Source: Candidatus Bathyarchaeum tardum
GTDB lineage: Archaea > Thermoproteota > Bathyarchaeia > Bathyarchaeales > Bathyarchaeaceae
Direction of reading: 5' to 3'
Length of the DNA stretch: 64,000 bases
NCBI GenBank assembly: GCA_024650005.2
Contig: CP122380.1
Coordinates: forward strand, 896,001 to 960,000
Shown: positions 34,465 to 44,486 of the stretch, in pieces
Position numbering within the stretch: the stretch's first letter is position 1
Layout: every line of letters begins with the position of its first letter
Notes under the pieces: generated by a model
Database searches by the model: none
The model's input: the letters and a program-made list of their open reading frames with translations, nothing else
What the model was told of the DNA's origin: nothing
Position numbers and translations under genes: made by a program

Positions 34465-35885
34465 GGCACGGAAGAGAATATTTTAGAATCAACAAATTTG
34501 CTAGGCGATACGATCGAGAGTCTGGTAAGTTCACTTTCAATATTGGTTATGAAACCAAGACCGACATTACTGACCGGACTGTTGAGGTTGCTGAAGCCTT
34601 CGGAATGGGAATTTCCGAGTTTCAGGAGCATGTTCTTTACGATAATGTGGAACTAAAGATTGGTCCAAAAGATATTGTGTATTTGACTGGTGATAGCGGT
34701 TCTGGAAAAAGTGTGCTGCTAAAAGCTATTGTTGGCGATCTAAAAGCTGATGAAGCTACAAGACTAAATGAGGTTGAAGTGGATCCGGATAAACCATTGA
34801 TTGATACTGTAGGCGATACAGTTGAAGAGGGCTTGAAACTTCTGTCTAAAGTGGGGTTGAATGATGCTTTCCTGTTTGTTCGCCGTTATAGCCAACTCAG
34901 CGATGGACAAAAATATCGATATAGACTAGCTAAATTGATTGAGTCAGGGGCTCAATGGTGGATCATGGACGAGTTCTGCGCCACCTTAGACCGAGAAACT
35001 GCTAAAATAGTTGCATATAATGTTCAAAAGCTCGCTCGCCAACTCGGCAAAGCAGTAGTTGCGGCTACAACTCACACAGATCTTTTTGAAGATTTAGCAC
35101 CATCGGTACATATTCACAAGAGATTTGGCAGCGAAGTAACTGTCAACTATTACCCAAACAAAACTAGACCGCAATGCAGTTTGCTCGAAGAAATGACTGT
35201 CGAAGAGGGATCTTATGAGGATTGGAAGCAAGTCTCAGGTTTTCATTATCGCAGTCATAGGGTAGCTTTTATTCAGAAGATATTTGTTTTGAAGAGGGGA
35301 GACTGCGTTTGTGGAGCTGTCGTTTATGTTTGTCCTATGAGTGCTGCCCCTTGTCGAAGTAGGATTTTGAAGCTTGAAACGATGAAAGATCTGAATGAGA
35401 AACTAACACGGATTGCCCGAGTTGTTATTCATCCAAAATATAGAACGATCGGTGCATCTGTTAATCTTCTACGTGAATCGTTACCTCTTTGTGGAAAACC
35501 AAATGTAGAGATGATTGCGGTAATGGCACGTTACAATCCCTTTGCAGAACATGCTGGAATGGTGAGAGTGTGTAATTCTAAACCCGACAAAACAATTCTT
35601 GAAGCTATATCAAAACTCGAAAAACTAGGGCTCACATCTTATCTTTTGTCAGTTCCAGAATACAACAAACAGAAGCTGAAGGGAAACGTGACATCAGTAA
35701 AAGAAATTCTAGAAAAATTCAGTTATCCCTATAACCGAAGAATTGCTGGAGCACATGGAAACTTTACAAAAGGCGACTATTTCAAATGGTTGCAAAATAC
35801 TGAAGAATCAGAGTTAGCTCGAGCATTAACTAGGTTAGCACAACTTAATCAATCAAAAGTTTACTTGTTTTGGAAAAGACAATAG
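34461..35885 (+). CDS. ABC-type ATPase fused to GNAT acetyltransferase (COG2401-like)
   Basis: Walker A GDSGSGKS, LSDGQ signature, WIMDEF, ATTH; GNAT HYR and RIARVVIHPKYRTIG. Confidence 0.88.
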   Translation: MRHGREYFRINKFARRYDRESGKFTFNIGYETKTDITDRTVEVAEAFGMGISEFQEHVLYDNVELKIGPKDIVYLTGDSGSGKSVLLKAIVGDLKADEATRLNEVEVDPDKPLIDTVGDTVEEGLKLLSKVGLNDAFLFVRRYSQLSDGQKYRYRLAKLIESGAQWWIMDEFCATLDRETAKIVAYNVQKLARQLGKAVVAATTHTDLFEDLAPSVHIHKRFGSEVTVNYYPNKTRPQCSLLEEMTVEEGSYEDWKQVSGFHYRSHRVAFIQKIFVLKRGDCVCGAVVYVCPMSAAPCRSRILKLETMKDLNEKLTRIARVVIHPKYRTIGASVNLLRESLPLCGKPNVEMIAVMARYNPFAEHAGMVRVCNSKPDKTILEAISKLEKLGLTSYLLSVPEYNKQKLKGNVTSVKEILEKFSYPYNRRIAGAHGNFTKGDYFKWLQNTEESELARALTRLAQLNQSKVYLFWKRQ

Positions 35886-36156
35886 TGCAATATTTTGACC
35901 ATTAACAAAAAAGCAATATTTTAACTCAGGCGGTGTGAAGGGAATGCCTTACGGTTATCTGTCATATCTGTGTAACCTAAACTGCTCTTTAATTGTATAC
36001 ATAGTTTAGGTACATTCCTTTCCCACTGATATTTGTGTAAAAAGGAAAAAAGAAAATCTCATACATAAATACAGAAAATATGTGTTTGCGCTAAATCGTG
36101 TATAAACTTCAAAGAATGCGGTGAAGTTCCGATAACTTAATGTTTGTAGAAAGAAA

Positions 36157-36320
36157 ATAAGAAATGGGTTTGCTGAGGCTCAGGCACATTGTTGAAGGTG
36201 AAAAAATGAAAAAACCATGCTACTATCACTTCGATTTTGATTTTTCATTTTATGCTTGAGCCTTTTCAGCCCCATTTCTATCTTTGATTTTTACTCCCAA
36301 AAAAAGGGGAGGAAATTGGT
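36157..36320. repeat. conserved downstream element, copy 1 (bulged hairpin plus terminator-like tract)
   Basis: First 32 nt identical to 39708-39739; arms AGAAATGGG..GCTGA.GGCTCA / TGAGCC..TCAGC.CCCATTTCT. Confidence 0.85.
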
Positions 36321-38837
36321 TTATTTCCTTCTAAGCATCCAATAAGCTGCTACACCGATTACTGAGACCGCGGCAACAGCGATCACGATTGCAATTTCAG
36401 TTGTGATCAACGGTGTTTCTGGTTGGGTTGGTTCAATAGGTGCTACCGGGGTTTCTGGTTCTTCAGGTTCAATAGGTGCTGCTGGTGTAGGAGCTGGGTC
36501 TATAGTTATGTATGTTGTAGATGTTGAGCCATAGTATGAAGCTGAGCCTTCAAAAGTGGTTATGATTAGGTATTGGCCTTCAACTTGGGGCCTAAATGAA
36601 TAACCGTAGTTGCCGTAAACATCAGTTGTTGCAGTTCCAATCCATTCGTAATGACCATTAGGGTCAACGATTTCAATTTTCACTGGAACTCCAGTTACGT
36701 CAGCTGGTTGTTCGTATTGATTGTAAACATAGGTCATCCAAGCCGTCATGTCTGAGTCTGAGACTGCTGGGACTCCGTTAGGGAATCTGAGTTTAATTAA
36801 TTCTTCTTGTGTTCCTGGAGATATGTCAGTTACCATGCCCCGAAGTACCACAGATGAGCCAGCAGTTACACCTGTCAGGGGTGCTTCAAGGGTTATTGCA
36901 GAGGGTCCTTTTCCTACAGCATATACTGCTTGGTCGTATGTGTTTTGCATAACTATTGTGCTGTCACCAATTATTGAATGAGTACTCCATTCACCTTGGC
37001 GGTAGGGCAGTCTCCAGATTTCTGTTCCAGTTTCCAAGTCAATGCAGATATAGGGTGCTCCTCTTGGTTGGGGATCTCGGGGGTTGTGTTCTGTGTTTTC
37101 TATGTATAATTTTCCATCGGTTACTTGAGCAGGTCTGAATCTCCAGAAGTTGTTGTGTAATACTTCTGTGTACGGGTCTGGAATATCAAAAGTCCATTCG
37201 ACATTTCCCGTTTGGGCGTCATAACACCATACGGTTCCACCATAGTTTCCAGCAATGACTTTGTCTTCTGCAATTATGTCCCAGCTATTACCTGATGAGT
37301 GCCCCCAGTTGTCAGTGTAGTGCCGTTTGGCTGTTGGACCCCAAATCATTTCACCTGTGCTTAATCTGCGTCCCCAAGTTTGCCTTGTTTCTTTTGAGGA
37401 ATGGATAATTAGGTCTTGTTCAGCACTTACATCTTCAACTGTTACTGTTTGCACACCTGAAGGTAGTGTCCATGTTGTATCCCATATCAACTCAGCTTCT
37501 GCTTTCATTATGTCAACTTCTATTGCCCAAATGTGTGCAGGAGTTGGTGCTCTTCCACCTCTTTGGAAATCTGCACCTATAATGTAGTTTTCTCGAACTT
37601 TGTATACACTTCCTTCCATGTCAGATAATCCAGGAATGTTTATTGTCCATTCAATTCCATCTGTTGCGTCATAAACTTCTCCTTGAGGTCTCCAGCTTCC
37701 TTCATCTGAGACTACTCTACTAGAGTTCCATAGGGTCATTGTTCCTTGATTTTTATTTATATTGTATCTGTAGATTTCTCCTCTTGGTCCCCACACATTT
37801 GTGCCTGAGGGTACGTTTTCCATTGTGTATTCCCACCTTCCAGTCCAGGGGTCAAATGCGTGCCATGTGCTACCTGAAACTGTCCATAAGTATCCAAAGG
37901 CTCCATGATAGTTGTATGAGTCCCAATAGAATAATTGACCAAACGCAATTTTTTCAATTGTTCCGTCATAGGCTACTAGTTCACTTCGCCATAATTGTTT
38001 TCCAGTTTTTAGGTCTATAGCTACTACAGGTAATTCTATGTGTTCGGGTCCATATTGGTCTTCAAAGTTGTTGTAGAAAAGAATTCCACCAAGTATTACG
38101 GTTCCATGGAATTTTTCTTCATACGCGTCTCCTTGTTCAAAGGCAAGATTGCCAAATCCGCCTGCAAGACCTCCAGTGGTCATTTGGTGTCTCCATAAAA
38201 CGTGACCTGTTTCTGGAGCGTATTCATTTCCTTGCTTTACGATGTTGTGAGGTCCAGTGCCTGTGGGTAAACTAGAGTGTAAGTGGTTTCCTAATATTAC
38301 ATTCCATTCTCTTAGTTCGCCACCAACTGGTCTTCCCCAATATCCTTCAGGTAATTTATGGCCAGGGTAGAATTCAAGGGGTTCTTCGCGTACAATTAGT
38401 TCAACAGGTTCACTGTATGTTTCTTCCATGACTGTTCCTATTGGACCAATTCTGGCAGAGTTGAATGTTGTTACAGTTTCTGGGAACAGTGTACGAATTG
38501 TATATGTTCCAAGAGTTGTTGGTGTGTATAAGACTCCAGTTCCTCCAGTTGTGTCTGTAGTTATTGGTCCCAACATTTCGGTTGAGCCATCGGGTTTAAC
38601 AACTTCAACCATTAAACCCTCCCAGCCTACTACTGAGGTTGGTGTTGGATAGACGCTGCCGACGTGAAATAGTACAGGGTTATTCACTTGAACGGGGTTA
38701 GGCATTGCATTGATGTATGGATTAGGATCAACTGTTGCTTGAGCCATTGTTGGTAAAATAAATGACATTGTAGAAAAAACAAAAATTACAATCAATGAAA
38801 TTGTAATCATTTTGTTTGCAAGATATTTTTTAATCAT
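36321..38837 (-). CDS. PQQ-like beta-propeller surface protein with C-terminal Ig-like domain and TM anchor
   Basis: Signal peptide, repeated D..TG...W motifs, Pro/Glu linker, ITTEIAI...YWMLRRK anchor. Confidence 0.9.
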   Translation of the reverse strand: MIKKYLANKMITISLIVIFVFSTMSFILPTMAQATVDPNPYINAMPNPVQVNNPVLFHVGSVYPTPTSVVGWEGLMVEVVKPDGSTEMLGPITTDTTGGTGVLYTPTTLGTYTIRTLFPETVTTFNSARIGPIGTVMEETYSEPVELIVREEPLEFYPGHKLPEGYWGRPVGGELREWNVILGNHLHSSLPTGTGPHNIVKQGNEYAPETGHVLWRHQMTTGGLAGGFGNLAFEQGDAYEEKFHGTVILGGILFYNNFEDQYGPEHIELPVVAIDLKTGKQLWRSELVAYDGTIEKIAFGQLFYWDSYNYHGAFGYLWTVSGSTWHAFDPWTGRWEYTMENVPSGTNVWGPRGEIYRYNINKNQGTMTLWNSSRVVSDEGSWRPQGEVYDATDGIEWTINIPGLSDMEGSVYKVRENYIIGADFQRGGRAPTPAHIWAIEVDIMKAEAELIWDTTWTLPSGVQTVTVEDVSAEQDLIIHSSKETRQTWGRRLSTGEMIWGPTAKRHYTDNWGHSSGNSWDIIAEDKVIAGNYGGTVWCYDAQTGNVEWTFDIPDPYTEVLHNNFWRFRPAQVTDGKLYIENTEHNPRDPQPRGAPYICIDLETGTEIWRLPYRQGEWSTHSIIGDSTIVMQNTYDQAVYAVGKGPSAITLEAPLTGVTAGSSVVLRGMVTDISPGTQEELIKLRFPNGVPAVSDSDMTAWMTYVYNQYEQPADVTGVPVKIEIVDPNGHYEWIGTATTDVYGNYGYSFRPQVEGQYLIITTFEGSASYYGSTSTTYITIDPAPTPAAPIEPEEPETPVAPIEPTQPETPLITTEIAIVIAVAAVSVIGVAAYWMLRRK

Positions 38838-39037
38838 TTTTTATTCCTTCATATTTTGTGGTATAGATTACGCCTAGATTTGTTTTTAAATTTTTAGGTA
38901 TAATTGATTTTTTTCAAATATTTCGGTAAAAACAGCCAATATAATTACTGAAATTTTGGATTATTTTTTAATTGCTAAATGTAAAATATTGTTGAGAAAC
39001 ATTCATTTGGATCCACATGTGTAATGGTAAAAAAGGT
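38834..39037. repeat. duplicated promoter/intergenic region, copy A
   Basis: Near-identical to 42369-42572. Confidence 0.9.
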
Positions 39038-39098
39038 AAAGAGTCGATGTCAATAACTTGGTTATAAGTAAAAATTATTTACTAGTAACTAGTGTTGA

Positions 39099-39616
39099 AT
39101 GAACATAATATTTTGATTTTAGATTGCACGAAGAATTCGTAACCTTCTGAAGGTCATCTACTTAAAGAGTTTTTTGAAATATGTAAACTTCATAGACCTG
39201 AAAGCTCCAATTCATTGTATTATAATATTACTTCCAAGAGACGTTTTTTAAATAAACTAAATTCGCGTAAGCATTACGACATTATTCACATAGCAGCTCA
39301 TGGAAATGAAGATTAAGTTGGATTGGGTAACAGATCAACTTGGTGGGCTAGACCAGAAGAGATAGAAAAAACAAATCAGTGCAGAATTAATTTGTGCAAA
39401 TGCATGTTTAGCAAACAAGAAAGTTTTGCTGAAGCATTTCAGGGTGCAGAATATTTTCTTGCTCCTAATGCAGAAATAGATTGGATCAAGGCTGCAATAT
39501 TTTCAGTAATGTTCTACAAGCGTTATATTGTTGATGGAGTTAGTCTTAGCAATGGTTTTGAGTATGCTAGAAAAAGAACTCAAACATGCACAGATTATCC
39601 AAATTATTGGCTCTAA
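39099..39616 (+). pseudogene. disrupted CHAT/caspase-like domain gene
   Basis: Fragments read ILDCTKN, EGHLLKEF and HYDIIHIAAHG, interrupted by stops and frameshifts; intact 3' part is ORF 39323..39616. Confidence 0.5.
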
Positions 39617-39707
39617 AAGAAATTCAGTAATATTGTAAATATATACATTATTAGAAAATTATTTTTTATAAAAATTGTTAAGTGACAAAATTAATTTGCT
39701 AACTTTG

Positions 39708-39872
39708 ATAAGAAATGGGTTTGCTGAGGCTCAGGCACAGGGTTTTGTGAAGGAATGGAAAAATGAAATCAACCATCTACTATTCTTGGTGAATTTCATT
39801 TCCTGTGTTGAGCAATTTCAGCCCCATTTCTATCATTGATTTTTACTCCCAAAAAAAGGGGAGGAAATTGGT
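39708..39872. repeat. conserved downstream element, copy 2
   Basis: Same arms as 36157-36320; interior differs but is still self-complementary. Confidence 0.85.
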
Positions 39873-39876
39873 GTAG

Positions 39877-42372
39877 TTATTTGCGTTTTAGGAACCAGTA
39901 TGCGGCTATGCCGATTACTGCTGCGACTGCAACTGCTGCGATGATTGCTACTTCTGTTGTGATGAAGGGTGTTGTTGGTTGGTCACCATCATAGTCTATG
40001 GGTGTAGATGGAGAATGTTGAGGATCAACAACTATTGATGTTTTGTCATGTGAAGGCCAATATGATCCCGAGCCTGTGAAACTTGCCGTTATTACATATT
40101 TTCCTTCATTTTCTGGAACCCATTTATGACTGTAAAATCCACTGCTATCGGTTGGTGTAGTTCCAATATTAATGGAGTTGCCATTGGAATCAATTGCGGT
40201 TAATGTCACTTGTACTCCTGTTACATCTTCGGGTCGTTCGTGCTGCATGTAAACATATTCCATCCACTTGCTTGTTGATTGATCAGAAACTGCTGGTACA
40301 CCTTTTGGAAACCTTGCTACTAAATCAGATCTTTGGGTTCCTGCTGAAATATCAATAACATTGCCCTCTACTAGTACACTACTTCCTTTTGATGATACCT
40401 TTGGTGATGCGGTTACCGAAGTTTCACTAGGTCCTTTGCCTATTGCATATAGTTGGTTGTCGTAGGCATTGAAAGCAACTATTATTCCGTCTCCGATGAG
40501 ATTGGGTCCACCCCATCTCGTGCCATAAATGTTGAGTTTCCATAATTCTGTTCCAGTATTAGCGTCAAGACAAACTAGTGGTCCACCTCGTGGTTTAGGG
40601 TCAATCGGGGAGTGTTCCATTGTGAATAATATTATTTTTTCGTCAGGGGTGAAGAATGAGAAGATAGTCGCCCAGTTATTGCTCCATAGAATTTCATGGT
40701 TAGAATCAACTGCATTGTATTCCCATATAACATTCCCTGTGTTAGGGTCATAGGCTCGAGTTGTGCCTGCATATCCTGTGGAGAATAATTTGCCAAAATG
40801 AACATTTGCTCTAAGACTGAACATGTTCATATAATGTTCAGATTCTGTTGGTCCCCAAAGTTGTTCTCCCGTATCCATATCAAAACCAAAGAACGATTTG
40901 ATTTCTTTAGCAAATAACACAAATACTCCCTCTTCAGTGCTTGATTGCCCTCCCTGTGGTATTGAATAACCTGTAGCAAAATCTCCTGGTGGAGGTTGCC
41001 AACTATTTTGCCACATTAATGTTCCTTCTTCGCCTGGTTTCACACTGATACACCACATTTCTACTGGATCTATTTCTAATCCAATGTTTGCTTCTCCTCG
41101 AGCGTTTGTACCAATAATTCGATCTTCATAGAAGACGGCATTTACGCTTCCTTTAAGACCTGTAGGTATTGAAACATTCCAATCGATTCCCTCCCTTGCG
41201 TCGTAAACATTTCCTTGTGGTCTCCAACTTCCATCATTTGATGTTCCAGAGGTCATGGGTTGTACTGTTCTGCTTGAATTCCATAAAGTCATCCATCCAT
41301 TTTGTGTGTTGACAGTGTAACGATAAATCTCTCCTTTTGGACCATATACGTTGCTTCCGGATGGAACATTTTCCATCGAGTATACCCAACGACCTGTTTG
41401 TACGTCATAGGCATTCCATGTGCTTCCACTAGTTGACCATAGATATGGAAATGCACCGTGCATGTTAAAAGAGTCCCAATAGAAGATTTGTCCGAATGCT
41501 AACCTGTTGTTATCCCAGTTCCTTCGCCATATTTCTTCACCGGTTCGAAGGTCTACCGCAACAACATCTTGTTCAACGTTGGAACCTCCTCGTGGTTGGT
41601 ATTGATTGTAATAGAGAACACCATTTATTATTACAGAATTTTGGAATTTTCCTTCGTATGCATCTCCTTCTTCAAATGCATGATAACCTAAATCAGATCC
41701 AACTAGGCCTCCATATTCTAAGGGTTTAGTCCAAAGTATATGACCTGTTTCAGGTGCTGGACTCGAAACTAAGGGTGCTTGATAGCGTACAGCTGAAAGA
41801 AAGTTGCCAGCGACAGAGGACCATTCCCGCATTTGAGCGTCTATCGGTCGTGTCCAGTATTCTTTTGGCAATGAATGTCCAGGATAATATGGTTGTGCTT
41901 CTTCGGTTACTATTAGTTCAAGTATTTCGCTATCACTTGATTTATAGTGTACAACTCCGGTGAATGGGGACCTTGCTCCTATTCCTCCAGCCCAATCAAA
42001 TGTTTGTTCAGGGAAGTGTGATTGCAGTTTGTATGTTCCAACCATTGTTGGAATAAAAACAGCACCAGTTCCTCCGGTTGAATCAGTTCGGTAAGGACCT
42101 AACGTTTGAGTGTTTCCTTGTGGATCAGTTACAGTTACGGTTAGACCTTCCCAGCTTTGATAGTAATATGCTAAAAAGTCAGGTATGCCTAAGTGTAAAA
42201 GGGTTTCTTGATTAATGCCAACGGGGTTTGGTATCGCACCAATATATGCATGTGTTGCTTTACTGTATTCAATTTCTTGAGCAAATGCTAGAGGCAGGAC
42301 AGCCATTATTGTGGATGATGCCAGTATTAGCAGTAGGGTAAATGAAAAAATTCTTGTTTCTTTTTGTTTCAT
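39877..42372 (-). CDS. PQQ-like beta-propeller surface protein, paralog of 36321..38837
   Basis: Same architecture; shared motifs TDSTGGTG, GDAYE.KF, AFGQ.FYWDS, RFP.GVPAVSD, ITTEVAII...YWFLKRK. Confidence 0.9.
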   Translation of the reverse strand: MKQKETRIFSFTLLLILASSTIMAVLPLAFAQEIEYSKATHAYIGAIPNPVGINQETLLHLGIPDFLAYYYQSWEGLTVTVTDPQGNTQTLGPYRTDSTGGTGAVFIPTMVGTYKLQSHFPEQTFDWAGGIGARSPFTGVVHYKSSDSEILELIVTEEAQPYYPGHSLPKEYWTRPIDAQMREWSSVAGNFLSAVRYQAPLVSSPAPETGHILWTKPLEYGGLVGSDLGYHAFEEGDAYEGKFQNSVIINGVLYYNQYQPRGGSNVEQDVVAVDLRTGEEIWRRNWDNNRLAFGQIFYWDSFNMHGAFPYLWSTSGSTWNAYDVQTGRWVYSMENVPSGSNVYGPKGEIYRYTVNTQNGWMTLWNSSRTVQPMTSGTSNDGSWRPQGNVYDAREGIDWNVSIPTGLKGSVNAVFYEDRIIGTNARGEANIGLEIDPVEMWCISVKPGEEGTLMWQNSWQPPPGDFATGYSIPQGGQSSTEEGVFVLFAKEIKSFFGFDMDTGEQLWGPTESEHYMNMFSLRANVHFGKLFSTGYAGTTRAYDPNTGNVIWEYNAVDSNHEILWSNNWATIFSFFTPDEKIILFTMEHSPIDPKPRGGPLVCLDANTGTELWKLNIYGTRWGGPNLIGDGIIVAFNAYDNQLYAIGKGPSETSVTASPKVSSKGSSVLVEGNVIDISAGTQRSDLVARFPKGVPAVSDQSTSKWMEYVYMQHERPEDVTGVQVTLTAIDSNGNSINIGTTPTDSSGFYSHKWVPENEGKYVITASFTGSGSYWPSHDKTSIVVDPQHSPSTPIDYDGDQPTTPFITTEVAIIAAVAVAAVIGIAAYWFLKRK

Positions 42373-42572
42373 TTTTTATTCCTTCATATTTTGTGGTATA
42401 GATTACGCTTAGATTTGTTTTTAAATTTTTGGATGGAATTAATTTTTTTCAAATATTTCGGTAAAAATAGCTGATATTATTACTGAAATTTTTGATTATT
42501 TTTTAATTGTTAAATGTAAAATATTGTTGAGAAACATTCATTTGGATCCATATGTGTACTGGTAAAAAAGGT
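42369..42572. promoter_or_regulatory. divergent promoter region, copy B (between propeller and Lrp genes)
   Basis: AT-rich intergenic region between divergent starts; duplicated at 38834-39037. Confidence 0.75.
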
Positions 42573-43560
42573 GAATTGTGCCCTGTCAATCGATGAAGTT
42601 GATGGAATTATTTTAAAAGAATTGCTTCAAAATGGTCGCACAAGTTTTAGAGTAATTGCTGAACGTGCAAACACTTCCCAAGACATTATCAGGCAGCATT
42701 ATAAAAAAATGAAAAAAGAGGGCATAATTGTTGGATCTGCAATACAATTAGATTGTTCTGCAATGGGTTTTGAAACTGTAGGGCGGCTACATGTGTCTGT
42801 TTTATCTGATTCCCAAGAATATGTTGCAGGTATTATTGGCAAAATCAATAAAGTATCTAGTGTTTCCCAAGAAAATATTGAACCGAAGATACGAGCGGTT
42901 GTAATATTAAAAAATTTGAGGGAGCTAGAAGAAATTACCCACACCATAAAACAAATCCCCTGCGTTTTGGGAGTTACAACTGAAATATGGATTGGAATAA
43001 GAAATATTGTGGATAATTTATCCGTGTTGCCATCTAATACTCAAAATATTGACATGAATATGCACAAAATAAACCTTAAAAATCAATTTGAAAATTCTAA
43101 GATAAAACTTGACCAAATGGATAAAAAAATAATAGACAAATTGAAAGGAAATGGCAAAGTCCCTTTTAGAAAAATTGCTCAAGAATTGGGGGCTTCTACT
43201 GACACTATTTCTCGAAGAGTTAAAAAATTATTTGAAAATAAAATAATTAAACCAGTAATCCAGATAAATCCATCAAAATTGGGTTATGCTGCAAAAGTTC
43301 ACTTAAATTTAGCTTTTGCTTCAACAGAAAAGTTATCAACGATCATAGATTGCCTTGCTCAAATACCGGATATAACTTTAATAATTGAAACAAGTGGCGG
43401 TTACGACCTTTTTGTAAAAGCATACATAAAAAATATTGAACATCTGTTTTCAATTCAAAAGGAAATTAAAAAAATACTTGGAATTTCTAAGATAAAAATT
43501 CAGATTTTTGAAATAGACTCAAAAATACCAAGAAACTCTGAATACATATCAAATTTTTAA
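42571..43560 (+). CDS. tandem-duplicated Lrp/AsnC regulator
   Basis: Two HTH+RAM units (NGRTSFRVIAE.. and NGKVPFRKIAQELG..). Confidence 0.9.
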   Translation: MNCALSIDEVDGIILKELLQNGRTSFRVIAERANTSQDIIRQHYKKMKKEGIIVGSAIQLDCSAMGFETVGRLHVSVLSDSQEYVAGIIGKINKVSSVSQENIEPKIRAVVILKNLRELEEITHTIKQIPCVLGVTTEIWIGIRNIVDNLSVLPSNTQNIDMNMHKINLKNQFENSKIKLDQMDKKIIDKLKGNGKVPFRKIAQELGASTDTISRRVKKLFENKIIKPVIQINPSKLGYAAKVHLNLAFASTEKLSTIIDCLAQIPDITLIIETSGGYDLFVKAYIKNIEHLFSIQKEIKKILGISKIKIQIFEIDSKIPRNSEYISNF

Positions 43561-44034
43561 TTGTTTAATTATATTATATTTTTTAAAAAAATTTAAAATA
43601 AAAATCCAAATTGATGTTGGTGGCAATTCACTTGTATTTTTGTTGCCAAAAAACTCTTGGTGGGAATATTGTTTAGTTCGGAACAAACTGTTAATTTTTC
43701 AAAATTTTAACTATTGTTGCATAATTTACTAGGTGTAACAATTTTTGTTGTCTTCTAACAAAACAAAAAACCCGCTCTATAAACAATGCTTGGGAAAAAC
43801 CTTTGGATATTCTTGTGAAAACTGTGCAATCCGAAGCTATTGTGACGGAATTCCAGAAAAACAAACAAAACATGCATGAATTCTTTTTCTATAGATAACT
43901 GCTAACAATTGCCAAAGTAGTCAATAATAACTGCAATTGCATTTTCAGCATACTTCATTTGCTCAATATGGTAAGAGATAGCATTGTAATTAATGATTTC
44001 AACATTTTTTTTGCAAACTCCCTGATGCTTTCTT

Positions 44035-44286
44035 TTAAAAGTCATGAATCATGTCTTCACTAAAAAAAGCTTCAACCACCACTTCTATAACTTGGTTTGC
44101 GATGTCGTCGCCAGCTTCTTTCATTGCCATTGACATTAATACTGTTTTGTGGATTTGTTTGCGGGCGTCTTTTAGCTTTTTAAGGCTAGTTTTAAGTGTC
44201 TCTGAAATTATTTCCTTTTTTTCGCAATTAGACAAACGAATTGTTGATGTTGTTGTTTTAGCATTTTTAATTATTGTTGCATTCAC
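44035..44286 (-). CDS. hypothetical protein
   Basis: 83-aa ORF with GGGATG upstream; natural composition. Confidence 0.5.
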   Translation of the reverse strand: MNATIIKNAKTTTSTIRLSNCEKKEIISETLKTSLKKLKDARKQIHKTVLMSMAMKEAGDDIANQVIEVVVEAFFSEDMIHDF

Positions 44287-44486
44287 GGGCTATTCACATC
44301 CCCTGTGAATTTTTTTCTTCATCTAGTGCGTGAAAAATAGAATCATTAGATAATCAGATTATGTGTTTTGAATACTTATTATCTTTATGAATTCAAAATC
44401 CATGTTTTAAAGAAAATTGTGTGCTGGTCTTTCCCCCAAAAATAAGGAATGTTTTAAGCATTTTTTGGGGGTGTTGGGTCTATTTT

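Noticed and set aside
36157-39872. Integron attC interpretation of the repeated hairpins
   Set aside because: No RYYYAAC/GTTRRRY boxes, and the integrase lacks evident IntI features
36321-42372. Diversity-generating retroelement acting on the propeller genes
   Set aside because: No reverse transcriptase and no adenine-specific TR/VR pair seen
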